Source of the DNA: a virus
Virus record (IMG/VR): IMGVR_UViG_3300017832_000040
Coordinates: 2,447-66,446 of that record
Strand: one strand, 5' to 3'
Length of the DNA stretch: 64,000 nt
Positions 1 to 8,597 of this stretch are shown one piece after another. Made by a program: the position numbers and the translations under genes. The first letter of the stretch is position 1, and each line of letters starts with the position of its first letter. The notes under the pieces were generated by a model. The model was not told the origin of the DNA and ran no database searches. It was given only the letters and a program-made list of their open reading frames with translations.

Positions 1-400
1 AGAGAAATGCTTTCGGGTGACCGGTCGCCTGACGCACAAATGTTTCGTGGGTGCTCGGATAGAGAGGCTTGTACTGAACGTCGACCTTGTCGGTGAGCAC
101 GTTGTAGGCAGTGCCCACGATCGCGTACTTCCTGCCTGTTTCCGTGTGCTCCCAAATCTCGCCCTTCTGCGGGAGCTTTTCGCGTTCGCAGGCTTCCTTG
201 GCGTCCTTAACCTTGCCGGACCAGCCGCACCAGGCGCACGAGCACGGGGAGTCGTCATCCCATTCTTGATGCCGGTCTCGCGCTTCGTTGATGTCCGTAC
301 CTTCAGGGGTCAGACGGGCGTTCGTGGTGATGGTGATGTCCAGTCCATCATCCGAGGGACAGCTCGGGCACCGCATGCCCCATGCCTCGCGCACGTTCAC
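1..400 (-). CDS. zinc-ribbon phage hypothetical protein (partial, runs off window)
   Basis: My translation from GTG 400: VNVREAWGMRCPSC...WDDDSPCSCAWCGWSGKV (two CxxC pairs). GGAGG upstream; GTGA overlap with the preceding gene. Not in ORF track. Confidence 0.6.
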   Translation of the reverse strand, partial: MNVREAWGMRCPSCPSDDGLDITITTNARLTPEGTDINEARDRHQEWDDDSPCSCAWCGWSGKVKDAKEACEREKLPQKGEIWEHTETGRKYAIVGTAYNVLTDKVDVQYKPLYPSTHETFVRQATGHPKAFL

Positions 401-585
401 CGGTTACCTCCACTCTGGAATGCATTGCAGGTGCCGGCCTCGGGCGTGTAGCAGCCATGCCGGCTACACCGGCCGAGACCGCGTTTCTTCATCTCGGCTG
501 CCACCTTGTCCTGATCCCACGCGCTGCATTCGCGGCAATTACCCGGTCGCGGGAGCGAGGACTTCTTGATGATCTTGATCGCCAT
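397..585 (-). CDS. small Cys-rich hypothetical protein
   Basis: CxxC...GRC...C pattern; coupled to neighbours. Confidence 0.6.
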   Translation of the reverse strand: MAIKIIKKSSLPRPGNCRECSAWDQDKVAAEMKKRGLGRCSRHGCYTPEAGTCNAFQSGGNR

Positions 586-842
586 CAGCCGATCTTCTCG
601 GTGGCGGACCCTAGTATCTCGATCCCTGCCTCATTGAGATTGCCGGTGTAGGCAGCCTCGCCATCACCTGGGTCGAGGAGCATGACGAGCGCGTCCTCGA
701 CGCTATCGACGGTGGTGTGCGGGTTGTCCGTCGTCCGCTGTGCGTGTGCGGTCGCAATCTTCAAAAGGGCCTCGGGATCAAAGACGCGCACGTCAAACGC
801 AATGCTGTAAGTGCCTGCCGTATTCTCTGCATCCGTACTCAT
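585..842 (-). CDS. hypothetical protein
   Basis: ATG 842 after CAGGGAGG; promoter TTGCAC-N16-TACGCT upstream. Confidence 0.6.
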   Translation of the reverse strand: MSTDAENTAGTYSIAFDVRVFDPEALLKIATAHAQRTTDNPHTTVDSVEDALVMLLDPGDGEAAYTGNLNEAGIEILGSATEKIG

Positions 843-894
843 CGAAACCTCCCTGGTTACTCCCTTAGCGTAGGCAAAGGCGTGTTTCGTGCAA

Positions 895-1125
895 TTAATT
901 GCGATGCTTGGACGTATTGAGTTCGTCATCGAGGGCCTTGGCAAGCCGGCTGACCTCTTGCTCGGTCAGGAACCCCATGTTGAGGGTCCCCGTCACACCG
1001 CAAGTCAGGTGCACGATGAAGTTGCCGTCCGGGCACCGAAGAAACTGGAGAGCGGTCTTGAACTCGTTGAGATCGTTCATCTCATAGACGAGCTTCAACT
1101 CGACCATCGGATCGGGTTTGGGCAT
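895..1125 (-). CDS. hypothetical protein (TAA stop lies inside the 890-903 palindrome)
   Basis: ORF in a tightly packed minus-strand operon. Confidence 0.55.
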   Translation of the reverse strand: MPKPDPMVELKLVYEMNDLNEFKTALQFLRCPDGNFIVHLTCGVTGTLNMGFLTEQEVSRLAKALDDELNTSKHRN

Positions 1126-1126
1126 C

Positions 1127-1408
1127 TCAGTTCCCGACCGCTACCGTCTCGACTTCCTCGTACTCCTCGGGATCGACCTCGCGCACGGTGATCTCGAACA
1201 GACGGTTCGCTGCCGCGTAAAGCAGCACGTTGCGGGAGCTGGCCACGATCTTCACGTCCCCCTGGCCCTTCCCCTTGTCATGGAACCTGGGTAGAGACTC
1301 CCGGTGGGCGAGTTTGAGTTCGGCAAGAGGATTGTGGTTCCGGCATTTACGGCCGATCCACTGCGTGAATTTTTCGATGTCGGTTTCACCGTTTCTGAGC
1401 TTCGGCAT
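1127..1408 (-). CDS. hypothetical protein
   Basis: ATG 1408 after GAGG, directly after the GcrA stop. Confidence 0.55.
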   Translation of the reverse strand: MPKLRNGETDIEKFTQWIGRKCRNHNPLAELKLAHRESLPRFHDKGKGQGDVKIVASSRNVLLYAAANRLFEITVREVDPEEYEEVETVAVGN

Positions 1409-1410
1409 GG

Positions 1411-2073
1411 CTACCTCACTGTCACATGGGTTGTCCAACGGTGGCGGGTAAGGAGAGAAACGTCTCCTCTCTGATCTTTTGCTTTCTGGTCGTGATAGGG
1501 GCAATACTTGCTGCCCGGTTTGATGTCGTTCCCGCAGAACTTCCACGTGATCTCGCCGCGTTCCGTCGGCCACCGGCACGTCTTCTCCGTGAGCTCGGTA
1601 ATTTCGATGTGCTTGGCCTGAAAATCGGCGGGATCAGGCGTGATGTCGGTTACGGCATCGGTCGTGAACTCGGGCTGAGGCTTCAATTGCGGTTTGAGCT
1701 TCGGCTTCGATTCCGGCTCCGGCTTCGTCTTCGCCTTGACCACCTTGGCCGGCCGGATCTTCGGCTTGCACTTCTCGGGCGGCTTCCACTTCCTCTTGAA
1801 CACGACAGGCGGAGGCGGTGGCCGTCTCTCCCGCGCGAGTTTCAGGTTTTCGTTGACCGTGTTGAGCGGGCACTGCCTGAGCGGATCTGTCTTGCCATGG
1901 AGTCGTTCATGCAGGCGCGAACGGTGATAGAGGCCGAGGATCGCGTTGTGCGTCACTTCCTCGCCAATCTCTCTTGAGACCTCGCGGGCGAGATCACGGG
2001 CTGAAAGACCCGGCCGCCAGCATTTCTTCACGATCTCGATTTTCGTTTCCGGGGAGGTCAGGCGCCACTTCAT
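1411..2073 (-). CDS. gcrA: GcrA-family cell-cycle regulator / sigma70 cofactor homolog
   Basis: N-terminal HTH (W-x2-GLSARDLA...VTHNAILGLYHR), Pro/Lys linker, C-terminal ELTEKTCRWP...FCG...YCPYH. Confidence 0.85.
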   Translation of the reverse strand: MKWRLTSPETKIEIVKKCWRPGLSARDLAREVSREIGEEVTHNAILGLYHRSRLHERLHGKTDPLRQCPLNTVNENLKLARERRPPPPPVVFKRKWKPPEKCKPKIRPAKVVKAKTKPEPESKPKLKPQLKPQPEFTTDAVTDITPDPADFQAKHIEITELTEKTCRWPTERGEITWKFCGNDIKPGSKYCPYHDQKAKDQRGDVSLLTRHRWTTHVTVR

Positions 2074-2588
2074 TGCCGGCCTCCCAGAAGAACCTTGGCC
2101 CGCTGCTGGAACATGAAATGGCGCGCGATCCAGTCACACTTCCTGCTGGTTTTCTGGTCTTCGTTCCCGCGCCCGAAGGCTTTCACGTGCTGCACGTAGA
2201 CCTGAATGGCCGGGTCGAAGCAGTCCTGTAAGGCTGTGAGAGCGACCTGCTCGACCTGGGAGGTCGTGGTATTGCCCTGCTCGATAGGCCGGGTCCCTGG
2301 CCTTACCTGCGCCTCTCGCAAGTTGTTCAGGATCAACTGCAGAACCCGCATGCTGTCGCACTGGAGAACCGCCACGACCATATCGTCGAACAGCCCTTTG
2401 GAGTGCAGCGCGCTGCAGGCGTAGGTCATGGCCATCATCTCGGCCTCGGCATTGTTGGCGAGGCTGATCGGGATGACCCCGCCAAACGTCAAGGGGATGC
2501 CCCAAACGTCCGCCTTAACCCAAGCTCCCCATCCTCCCGCACGGGTCTCAGGACAGTACGATGCACCCGTGAGAACTGTGATTTGCAT
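2070..2588 (-). CDS. RNase H-fold protein with degenerate active site
   Basis: ITVLTGAS...GGWGAW...NNAEAEMMA...QCDS...HVKAF...CD; first catalytic Asp position is Gly. Confidence 0.7.
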   Translation of the reverse strand: MQITVLTGASYCPETRAGGWGAWVKADVWGIPLTFGGVIPISLANNAEAEMMAMTYACSALHSKGLFDDMVVAVLQCDSMRVLQLILNNLREAQVRPGTRPIEQGNTTTSQVEQVALTALQDCFDPAIQVYVQHVKAFGRGNEDQKTSRKCDWIARHFMFQQRAKVLLGGRQ

Positions 2589-2635
2589 TTAATTGCACTC
2601 TCGTTACGCAATACACCCTGGGACGACGGGGAACC

Positions 2636-2854
2636 TCACGTTCCCGGTATATATCCAGGCGGGTCCTTGTAGATTGCGGCTCGCACCGCGCAGTCCTTGG
2701 CCTCAATCAACTTCCTGAGCGCCATTGTCCGCTCGGGATTGCGCTCGATCGTGTTGCAGAGGTTGTGCGCCATGTCGTGGAACGGTGCGCTTATCATCTG
2801 CAAGCGGGGCGGCAGATGCTTGTACTCGAAGAATTGCAGAAGTGGTTCCTTCAC
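2636..2854 (-). CDS. small helical-hairpin phage protein (possible Acb2/Tad1-like nucleotide sponge)
   Basis: FFEYKHLP...NPERTMALRKLIEAKDCAVRA; the family link is from recall only. Confidence 0.5.
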   Translation of the reverse strand: MKEPLLQFFEYKHLPPRLQMISAPFHDMAHNLCNTIERNPERTMALRKLIEAKDCAVRAAIYKDPPGYIPGT

Positions 2855-3093
2855 TTCTTTCCCCCTAGCTGGATTTCCTTGACCTCCAGATCAATCTCCG
2901 GCTCCTTCACGAGGACGGATACGATGAGCGGCCGGCGCATCAGGCGGAGCTCCTTGTGTATTCCCAGGGCGTAAAGCAGCGCATCCCATCGACCTCGCCA
3001 ACCAGCCCGTGGAAAGGTCCCCACATACGTGGTGGCCACAGTTCTCCAGCCTTCCTTTGCTACCATGCTATCACCTTTTGCAATTAATTGCAT
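2851..3093 (-). CDS. hypothetical protein
   Basis: ATG overlaps the 3079-3092 palindrome (MQLIA). Confidence 0.5.
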   Translation of the reverse strand: MQLIAKGDSMVAKEGWRTVATTYVGTFPRAGWRGRWDALLYALGIHKELRLMRRPLIVSVLVKEPEIDLEVKEIQLGGKK

Positions 3094-3114
3094 GTTACCG
3101 CGCACAGTAAAGGC

Positions 3115-3381
3115 TTATTTCGGGCCTTCGAGCAATTTGATCTCGGGCTCCGGCTTCTCAGACTTCTTCGGCCTGCGAATGCCGTTCACCGCCAGCCCAT
3201 CAGACACCAAGCGGCGAACGACACTCGCAAAGCTCACGTTGTTCTCGACGGCGATGCGCTGAATTTGCGCAAACACCCACTCGTCATCGAACTGGATCGC
3301 GACTTTAAGCGGCGATTCCCCCGGCTTCGGGTTGATCTTTCCCCTCGCCACCTTCGACATCTTCCGAGGAACCTGCTTCAT
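3115..3381 (-). CDS. ribbon-helix-helix DNA-binding protein
   Basis: VAIQFDD strand followed by FAQIQRIAVENN and SFASVVRRLVSDGL helices. Confidence 0.6.
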   Translation of the reverse strand: MKQVPRKMSKVARGKINPKPGESPLKVAIQFDDEWVFAQIQRIAVENNVSFASVVRRLVSDGLAVNGIRRPKKSEKPEPEIKLLEGPK

Positions 3382-4048
3382 CGCTCACCTGCTCGATCTG
3401 CAGAGGCAGCTTGCCGTTCGTCAGCGCATCGAGGCCGGCCCGCTGCAGGACCTGGCTCATGTACCCGTGCACTTCCGCCTTCGCCTTCTCGACCGTCGTT
3501 TCCATGTGCTCCGAGAACGACTTGGCGATGAACGGCAGGTTGTCCCTAAGTTGCATCCGCACGTGTTCCAGACGGTGCCTGATCCGCCCGGCTTTGCCCT
3601 TCGGCAGCCCCATCTCATTGAGCTCCCGGATGGCGATGTCGAGCTGATCGAAACTGTGCTGCACCTTCTCTTTCAGCTCCTGCTCGAACTGGTCGATGCG
3701 GCTCGGGGGCGGCGGAAGCTCAGGCATCAATTGCTTCTCGACGCGCCGGATCGTGCACGGCACGCCCTGGCCGACATTCAGGGCTGACACGAACGTCGCC
3801 CACTGCGCCTCCGACAACTCGACCTCGATGATCTCGTCGGTGGCATGGTGCCAGTCGTACGAGAGGCTGCGCCTCATCTCCGACCGCGAGATCGAAATCG
3901 TGATGAATGCGTTGTGGGTGAAGTCACTGCCGTAAAGACTTCTGTGGCCGCTGACCCGGTGCGCAACGATCTGTCCGAAGGCTGGGTGCCGGCTGATCCG
4001 CTCCCCAGGCTCGTCAACGGTAGTTTCTGGTTCCTGGATTGGTCTCAT
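3305..4048 (-). CDS. phage hypothetical protein
   Basis: 247 aa, AGGGAGG SD, own promoter overlapping the 4099 palindrome. Confidence 0.7.
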   Translation of the reverse strand: MRPIQEPETTVDEPGERISRHPAFGQIVAHRVSGHRSLYGSDFTHNAFITISISRSEMRRSLSYDWHHATDEIIEVELSEAQWATFVSALNVGQGVPCTIRRVEKQLMPELPPPPSRIDQFEQELKEKVQHSFDQLDIAIRELNEMGLPKGKAGRIRHRLEHVRMQLRDNLPFIAKSFSEHMETTVEKAKAEVHGYMSQVLQRAGLDALTNGKLPLQIEQVSDEAGSSEDVEGGEGKDQPEAGGIAA

Positions 4049-4125
4049 GTCTGCCCTCCCTGGCTGATGGTCTCACGGTAGCACTCAGCCGGATTCTTTG
4101 CAATTAATTGCGTTGGCTAAGGGTC

Positions 4126-4151
4126 AAAAAAGCCCGACGGGATGCCGGGCT
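4126..4151 (-). terminator. rho-independent terminator
   Basis: AGCCCGGCATCCCGTCGGGCT then TTTTT on the minus strand. Confidence 0.75.
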
Positions 4152-4480
4152 CATTCGTAATCGACATCGGTGACCCGGCACCTGGCCTCATCGAAATCGG
4201 TGTTGAATGAGATCAACTCTTTGACGACCTCATCCCCCGGCACGATGTTCTCGATCACACCGTTTTCTGCACCGGAAGGCGTGCCGCCATCATAGAGGCT
4301 GCAATCGAACAACAGCATCTCGACCGTTCGCGAACCGTTGTTCCGCACCGACAGGATGATGCGGCTCACGTCCCTCTCCTTCTTGATCCTGTGCACCGTG
4401 AGGTCGAACTGATCGAACCGAGCCTCGGCTGCGGTGGCACCAATCATCGAAGCCAATGCACCAATGAAAATCGAACGCAT
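4151..4480 (-). CDS. secreted FxLYD-like protein
   Basis: Signal peptide; VRNNG...CSLYD...IENIVPG. Confidence 0.6.
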   Translation of the reverse strand: MRSIFIGALASMIGATAAEARFDQFDLTVHRIKKERDVSRIILSVRNNGSRTVEMLLFDCSLYDGGTPSGAENGVIENIVPGDEVVKELISFNTDFDEARCRVTDVDYE

Positions 4481-4701
4481 TACTCCTTACCCTCCTTCAA
4501 ACCGGCATTACCCATAGCCACGATAGCTTTCACAATGGCTAAAGCCTCTGCGCGGGTGAGCTGCTGGTCCGGCAGTCCCCTGATGCCGTAGTAAACGTAC
4601 GCGAGAGTGACCTTGTTCGATGAGACGACCTTGAACCCCGGCGCAGGGATTTCCTCGTAATCCCAAGGCGGCGGGTAGCGCTCACGAATGCTCTTGTTCA
4701 A
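4480..4701 (-). CDS. small hypothetical protein
   Basis: RYPPPW...LAYVY...LTRAEA; coupled to neighbours. Confidence 0.6.
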   Translation of the reverse strand: MNKSIRERYPPPWDYEEIPAPGFKVVSSNKVTLAYVYYGIRGLPDQQLTRAEALAIVKAIVAMGNAGLKEGKE

Positions 4702-4922
4702 TCCGCTCGAACCCTGATGGCCGGATAGTCATCGATCTGGACTCTGTTCACAACGTTGACGTCGAGCGTTGAGTCGAGGGTGACGTAACAGGGATTAAGA
4801 CGGCGGTCACCGCACCCGTCCCCGAGCGCCCTAGCTGGCTCAATCCCTCCTCGAACTGCGAGCACCGCGAGTGAGACCGCGATCACCGTGAGAACAGCCT
4901 TGGTGTAGAGATCAATCTGCAT
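4698..4922 (-). CDS. small membrane-anchored protein
   Basis: DLYTKAVLTVIAVSLAVLAV hydrophobic segment; GGAGG SD. Confidence 0.6.
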   Translation of the reverse strand: MQIDLYTKAVLTVIAVSLAVLAVRGGIEPARALGDGCGDRRLNPCYVTLDSTLDVNVVNRVQIDDYPAIRVRAD

Positions 4923-4944
4923 GGTTTACCTCCCCCATCAATGG

Positions 4945-5130
4945 TCAACCTTTCCCGCCAGGAACTTTCCCGGCCGGCCATCGCCTCGCCTCGTAAGCAT
5001 CCAGGGCGTCAGCGATCGCCTTGAGCTCGTCTTCCTCCTCGGTGTCTTCGAGACAACCCGAGAGCACTTCCGCGCGATCCATGAGCAGCGCGTGCAGGCG
5101 ATCAGCCTCTGGCCAGAAGGCCCCGGACAC
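4945..5130 (-). CDS. small hypothetical protein (start uncertain)
   Basis: C-terminus EEEDELKAIADALDAYEARRWPAGKVPGGKG. Confidence 0.45.
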   Translation of the reverse strand: MSGAFWPEADRLHALLMDRAEVLSGCLEDTEEEDELKAIADALDAYEARRWPAGKVPGGKG

Positions 5131-5159
5131 CCGGAGCCTTGAGTGAGGGGGGATTTGAA

Positions 5160-5543
5160 TCAACAGTCGCTGGTCACGCAGGACGCTGTTCTGAAAGGCT
5201 TCATCGGCTCGGGACGGTGATCGCAGCTGCCCTGCTCGCAAGCCAGCTTCATCGACCGTTCTTCCTTGAACTGGCCGTTGCCGTTGCTGCTGTCGGAACC
5301 GAGGTCCTTGTTGCAGCCGCCTTCATCGCAAGCCAGCTCGAACGACTTGTCAGGCTTCAACTGCCCGTTGCCGCTTGAGGGTGGCGAGGTGATGTCTTTG
5401 CAGCCGTCATTGCCCATGCACGCGACGTCGAAAGCCGCTGGCGTTTCAGGCTTGAGGTTGCAGCCGTAATCGCAAGCCTGGCTGATGGTCGAATAGCCGA
5501 CCAGGAGAGCGCCCAAAGAGAGAGCGCCAAGTATGGGTTTCAT
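5160..5543 (-). CDS. secreted Cys-rich repeat protein
   Basis: Signal peptide then five C-x(3-5)-C units. Confidence 0.65.
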   Translation of the reverse strand: MKPILGALSLGALLVGYSTISQACDYGCNLKPETPAAFDVACMGNDGCKDITSPPSSGNGQLKPDKSFELACDEGGCNKDLGSDSSNGNGQFKEERSMKLACEQGSCDHRPEPMKPFRTASCVTSDC

Positions 5544-5639
5544 GTTGTAGATGCTCCAAATGAATCAGTGGAACGCAACCTGGGGAGCCTACTAATCATC
5601 CGTCAACGTGTAAAGAGACGCCTCCTTGCGAAGGCGGCA

Positions 5640-5858
5640 TTAGGGCTTACTCCATTGGAATGTGAGTTCCGGAAAGCTCGCCAGAGCGTTCGGGTCAGTC
5701 AAATCTAACGGATGGTCCGCAATAAACCGTTGGGAGATTCTAGCGTGCGCAGCCGCTACCCGCACCCGGATCTCCTCCGCAGGCATACCCGCAGGGAGGT
5801 CGACGATTTCCTCATACTTGGCAACGCCGTTCACGCTGCCGATGATATTCATTTGCAT
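5640..5858 (-). CDS. hypothetical protein
   Basis: ATG 5858 after GGGGGAG. Confidence 0.5.
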   Translation of the reverse strand: MQMNIIGSVNGVAKYEEIVDLPAGMPAEEIRVRVAAAHARISQRFIADHPLDLTDPNALASFPELTFQWSKP

Positions 5859-5964
5859 GGTCTCCCCCATGGCTGATTGCGATCCCGTGAGTGTATGTGA
5901 CTCTCCGCTTATCAGTCTACCCCGCGCCACGCGCCCGAGCGCAGCCGTCCCCCACTGTCCGTTT

Positions 5965-6115
5965 GGTGTCCCCAAAGTCCCCCTACTCCTACCGACTACG
6001 ACCGGAAAGCCTCAGAGGATGATGTCCCCAAAGCCGAAAAACTGACGACGACCGAACGGGAATGTAAGTGTCCCCAAGTCCCCGAAAACTACCTACGACG
6101 ACGGCTATTGGGAGG
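5965..6115. repeat. non-coding element A: three imperfect units TGTCCCCAA(A)G...ACGAC
   Basis: Units start near 5967, 6023 and 6069; core 5977-5998 is shared with 9010-9029. Confidence 0.65.
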
Positions 6116-6283
6116 TCTGTGTGCGGGGCAGGCAAAACAGCCCGAGGTCTGCGCCGATGCGAGCGAGGCGAGGCAAGCGATCGAAGCGGACGATCGAGGC
6201 GGGCGGCCAATGCGGAATTTTTTGTTCGCTCCGGAACGAAACGCAATCGAACGGAACGCGTGTGGTGGTCGGACGCAAAGGAA

Positions 6284-6320
6284 GCACCGGGCGTCCCGAG
6301 TGATGGGTGGTGCCCGGTGC
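6284..6320 (-). terminator. terminator-like hairpin ending the early cluster
   Basis: GCACCGGGC...GCCCGGTGC followed by TTCCTTT on the minus strand. Confidence 0.55.
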
Positions 6321-6331
6321 CTGGTTGCGGG

Positions 6332-6526
6332 TTAGGCGGGCTCGCAGTTGGTGAAGGTGGCTTGCTTCACCATCAGGCGGACGTAGTTGCCACCGGGCTT
6401 TCTCTCCAGGATTTCTCTGTCACCGAAGAATGTGCACACCCCGCGATATTTCCTTCCCGCAAACTTGAAGATGTATGTTTTCCCAACTGTCGCGGGTTTT
6501 TTGGTGTTGATGGTCAGTGTTCTCAT
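6332..6526 (-). CDS. small basic early protein
   Basis: Leader ACTCACGGAGGAGA (6531-6544) and own promoter. Confidence 0.7.
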   Translation of the reverse strand: MRTLTINTKKPATVGKTYIFKFAGRKYRGVCTFFGDREILERKPGGNYVRLMVKQATFTNCEPA

Positions 6527-6934
6527 CAGTTCTCCTCCGTGAGTGTGATGAATTTGGGTTGCAACTGCACACTATAAGGGGCGACTGTGAAATCAAGTGA
6601 AAAGTGAAGACCAGTGCAATTAATTTCTTTGACTCTGCGCGCTCGGCAAGTCCGGCGGATGAGAAGAGATGACAGCCGCGGTGCCTTGTCAGACGATGCA
6701 AGTGATTGCACCGAGAAGATGCCCACCCGCTGAGCTGCCAAGGTCGCCTTGCCTTGCGCATTCACCTGGCGGGCTGCGGGAACATTAACTATACGGCCCC
6801 CTATTTCCGGTAAAGTTTACAAGGCTCCGGCCTCGACCGACTGCTATGGGGGATCGGGCATTTACTCCTCCGTGAGGTTGCAGCGTTTCAATTGGCAACT
6901 ACGACTTTGAGCTCCGCCTCAACCTAGTCAATGG

Positions 6935-6968
6935 AAAAAACAGACCCCCACCGCATGGGTGGAGGTCC
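6935..6968 (-). terminator. rho-independent terminator
   Basis: GACCTCCACC-CATGC-GGTGGGGGTC then TGTTTTTT, abutting the next promoter. Confidence 0.7.
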
Positions 6969-6976
6969 CCACCGGG

Positions 6977-7359
6977 TTATTCGGGGAAGATCGCAGAGAA
7001 CCCGGTGATGGTGTTGGCCCACGCTTCGCGCAGCCGGTTGTCCATGACGTTGTGAAGTTCGTTCGACCAGGAGGGATATTTCGCTGCCAGCTCTATTGTT
7101 TTCTTGGTCGCGTAGTTGCGCAGCCCGGTAAAGATGTTCTCGGGAGTTGCCCCATTCTTTTCGGCGGTTTCGAGGAGCTGGAGGATCTCCTCATGAACGC
7201 GGAGTTTCGCGACAACGCTGGTAATGTCATCCCCCCATTCGAGCGTGTAGTAAGGGTTGGCTTTGAGCTCTCGGCCCACTCCGCAATCTCTCCCCTCAGC
7301 CTGGCAATTTCATCGCGCAAGGTGTTCTTGATAGTGGTGATGTCGCGCAGTTTTGTCAT
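6977..7359 (-). pseudogene. early gene with a 1-nt frameshift near 7270 (or sequence error)
   Basis: MTKLRD...EIAEWAE continues as LKANPYYTLEWGDD in another frame (GCC GAG AG CTC AAA). Confidence 0.65.
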
Positions 7360-7410
7360 GATGTTTTCTCCTCCGTGAGTTTACACTACTGCGGTAACTT
7401 GGGCCTTGGC

Positions 7411-7602
7411 CTAGTCAAGAGAAAAACGTCCGTTAACGCAATTAATTGCTCGATTTTTTCGCTTGCAATAAGCACCCGCCCACTCACGCTGCGTGTTGCA
7501 GTCAACGGGTTTCGCCAGCGCGCGGACCATACGCTCGCGGGGGATACGGGCCTCGGCGGCTTGCTCGTTGTCGCGAAAGAGGTTCAGGATGAAAGTCAGC
7601 AT
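7411..7602 (-). CDS. small hypothetical protein
   Basis: ATG 7602 after GGAGG. Confidence 0.4.
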   Translation of the reverse strand: MLTFILNLFRDNEQAAEARIPRERMVRALAKPVDCNTQREWAGAYCKRKNRAINCVNGRFSLD

Positions 7603-7670
7603 GACGGCCCTCCGGTTCATCTGACTGTGCAAAGCAAATAGGCGTTCCAGAATAATTGCAATTAATTGCA

Positions 7671-7904
7671 CTACTCGTCGATGCTTGCCTCCATAGCCTC
7701 GATATGCAGGCGGTCCCACTCCTCGGGGCTCACCTTGGCATAGAGTTTGGAGGTAAATTCGCGACCCGATTTGAAGAACAGGCGAATGTCATCGACATAA
7801 TCGTGGAGCAGTCCAACGTCGGGTTCAGCCTCGTAGATCTTCGCTTTCGCAACGATGGGAAGTCCCCCGAAGACCCGGCTCTCGAACTCGATCTGATTTT
7901 GCAT
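7671..7904 (-). CDS. small early protein
   Basis: Conserved leader and promoter. Confidence 0.75.
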   Translation of the reverse strand: MQNQIEFESRVFGGLPIVAKAKIYEAEPDVGLLHDYVDDIRLFFKSGREFTSKLYAKVSPEEWDRLHIEAMEASIDE

Positions 7905-8003
7905 CGTCTCCTCCGTGAGTTAAATGTCCACACCACCTACGATGCTTCCAACTATCGGAAGTGCAAGGGGAAGTTTCCCTCGCACTGCAATTAATTGCGG
8001 GAT

Positions 8004-8354
8004 TTACCCCCGGCAGGAACCATCGCGCAGGAATGGGGCCGGGCGTGTTCTGAAATCTTTGATGTAATTGATACCGGGTTTGGCTTCTGGTCCCACCCGG
8101 TAGAGCGTGTCATTCTCACCAGGCAGTGTGAGGTAAGAGGACCAACCGGTGATTTTGATGGTCCCCCGCGCCCTGCGCGCATCGGCGGGTTTTCCTCCGA
8201 GGGCCTGCGCAAGGGATTGCGGGGTAAATTTCTTGGTCGCGCTGCGATGGATCATTGCAAGTTTCGCTTTGAGATCACCCGCCACCGAGATGCAGCAGTT
8301 GTTCAGGGGATTGCGCGCATTGTAGATGAGAATGGTGGTGGTGTAGGTGTTCAT
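8004..8354 (-). CDS. early hypothetical protein
   Basis: Conserved leader; ATG 8354. Confidence 0.7.
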   Translation of the reverse strand: MNTYTTTILIYNARNPLNNCCISVAGDLKAKLAMIHRSATKKFTPQSLAQALGGKPADARRARGTIKITGWSSYLTLPGENDTLYRVGPEAKPGINYIKDFRTRPAPFLRDGSCRG

Positions 8355-8597
8355 GATTTCTCCTCCGTGAGTTTTAATCAACGCTTTCACGCTATTGGGT
8401 GACTAGACCTAGTCAATGGAAAAGCGCACATCGTATTGCAATTACTTGCACACACTTCCGCAATGATCCGGTTTGACCCTCCGCGACAGGATGGTTTCGA
8501 ACGATAAGGCTGCGCAGGACGTCCCCCGTTCCAGCCGAGGAGACCACCCGCGCAGGGCACACCGGAGGACCGGACCCGTCCGGTGCAATTAATTGCA

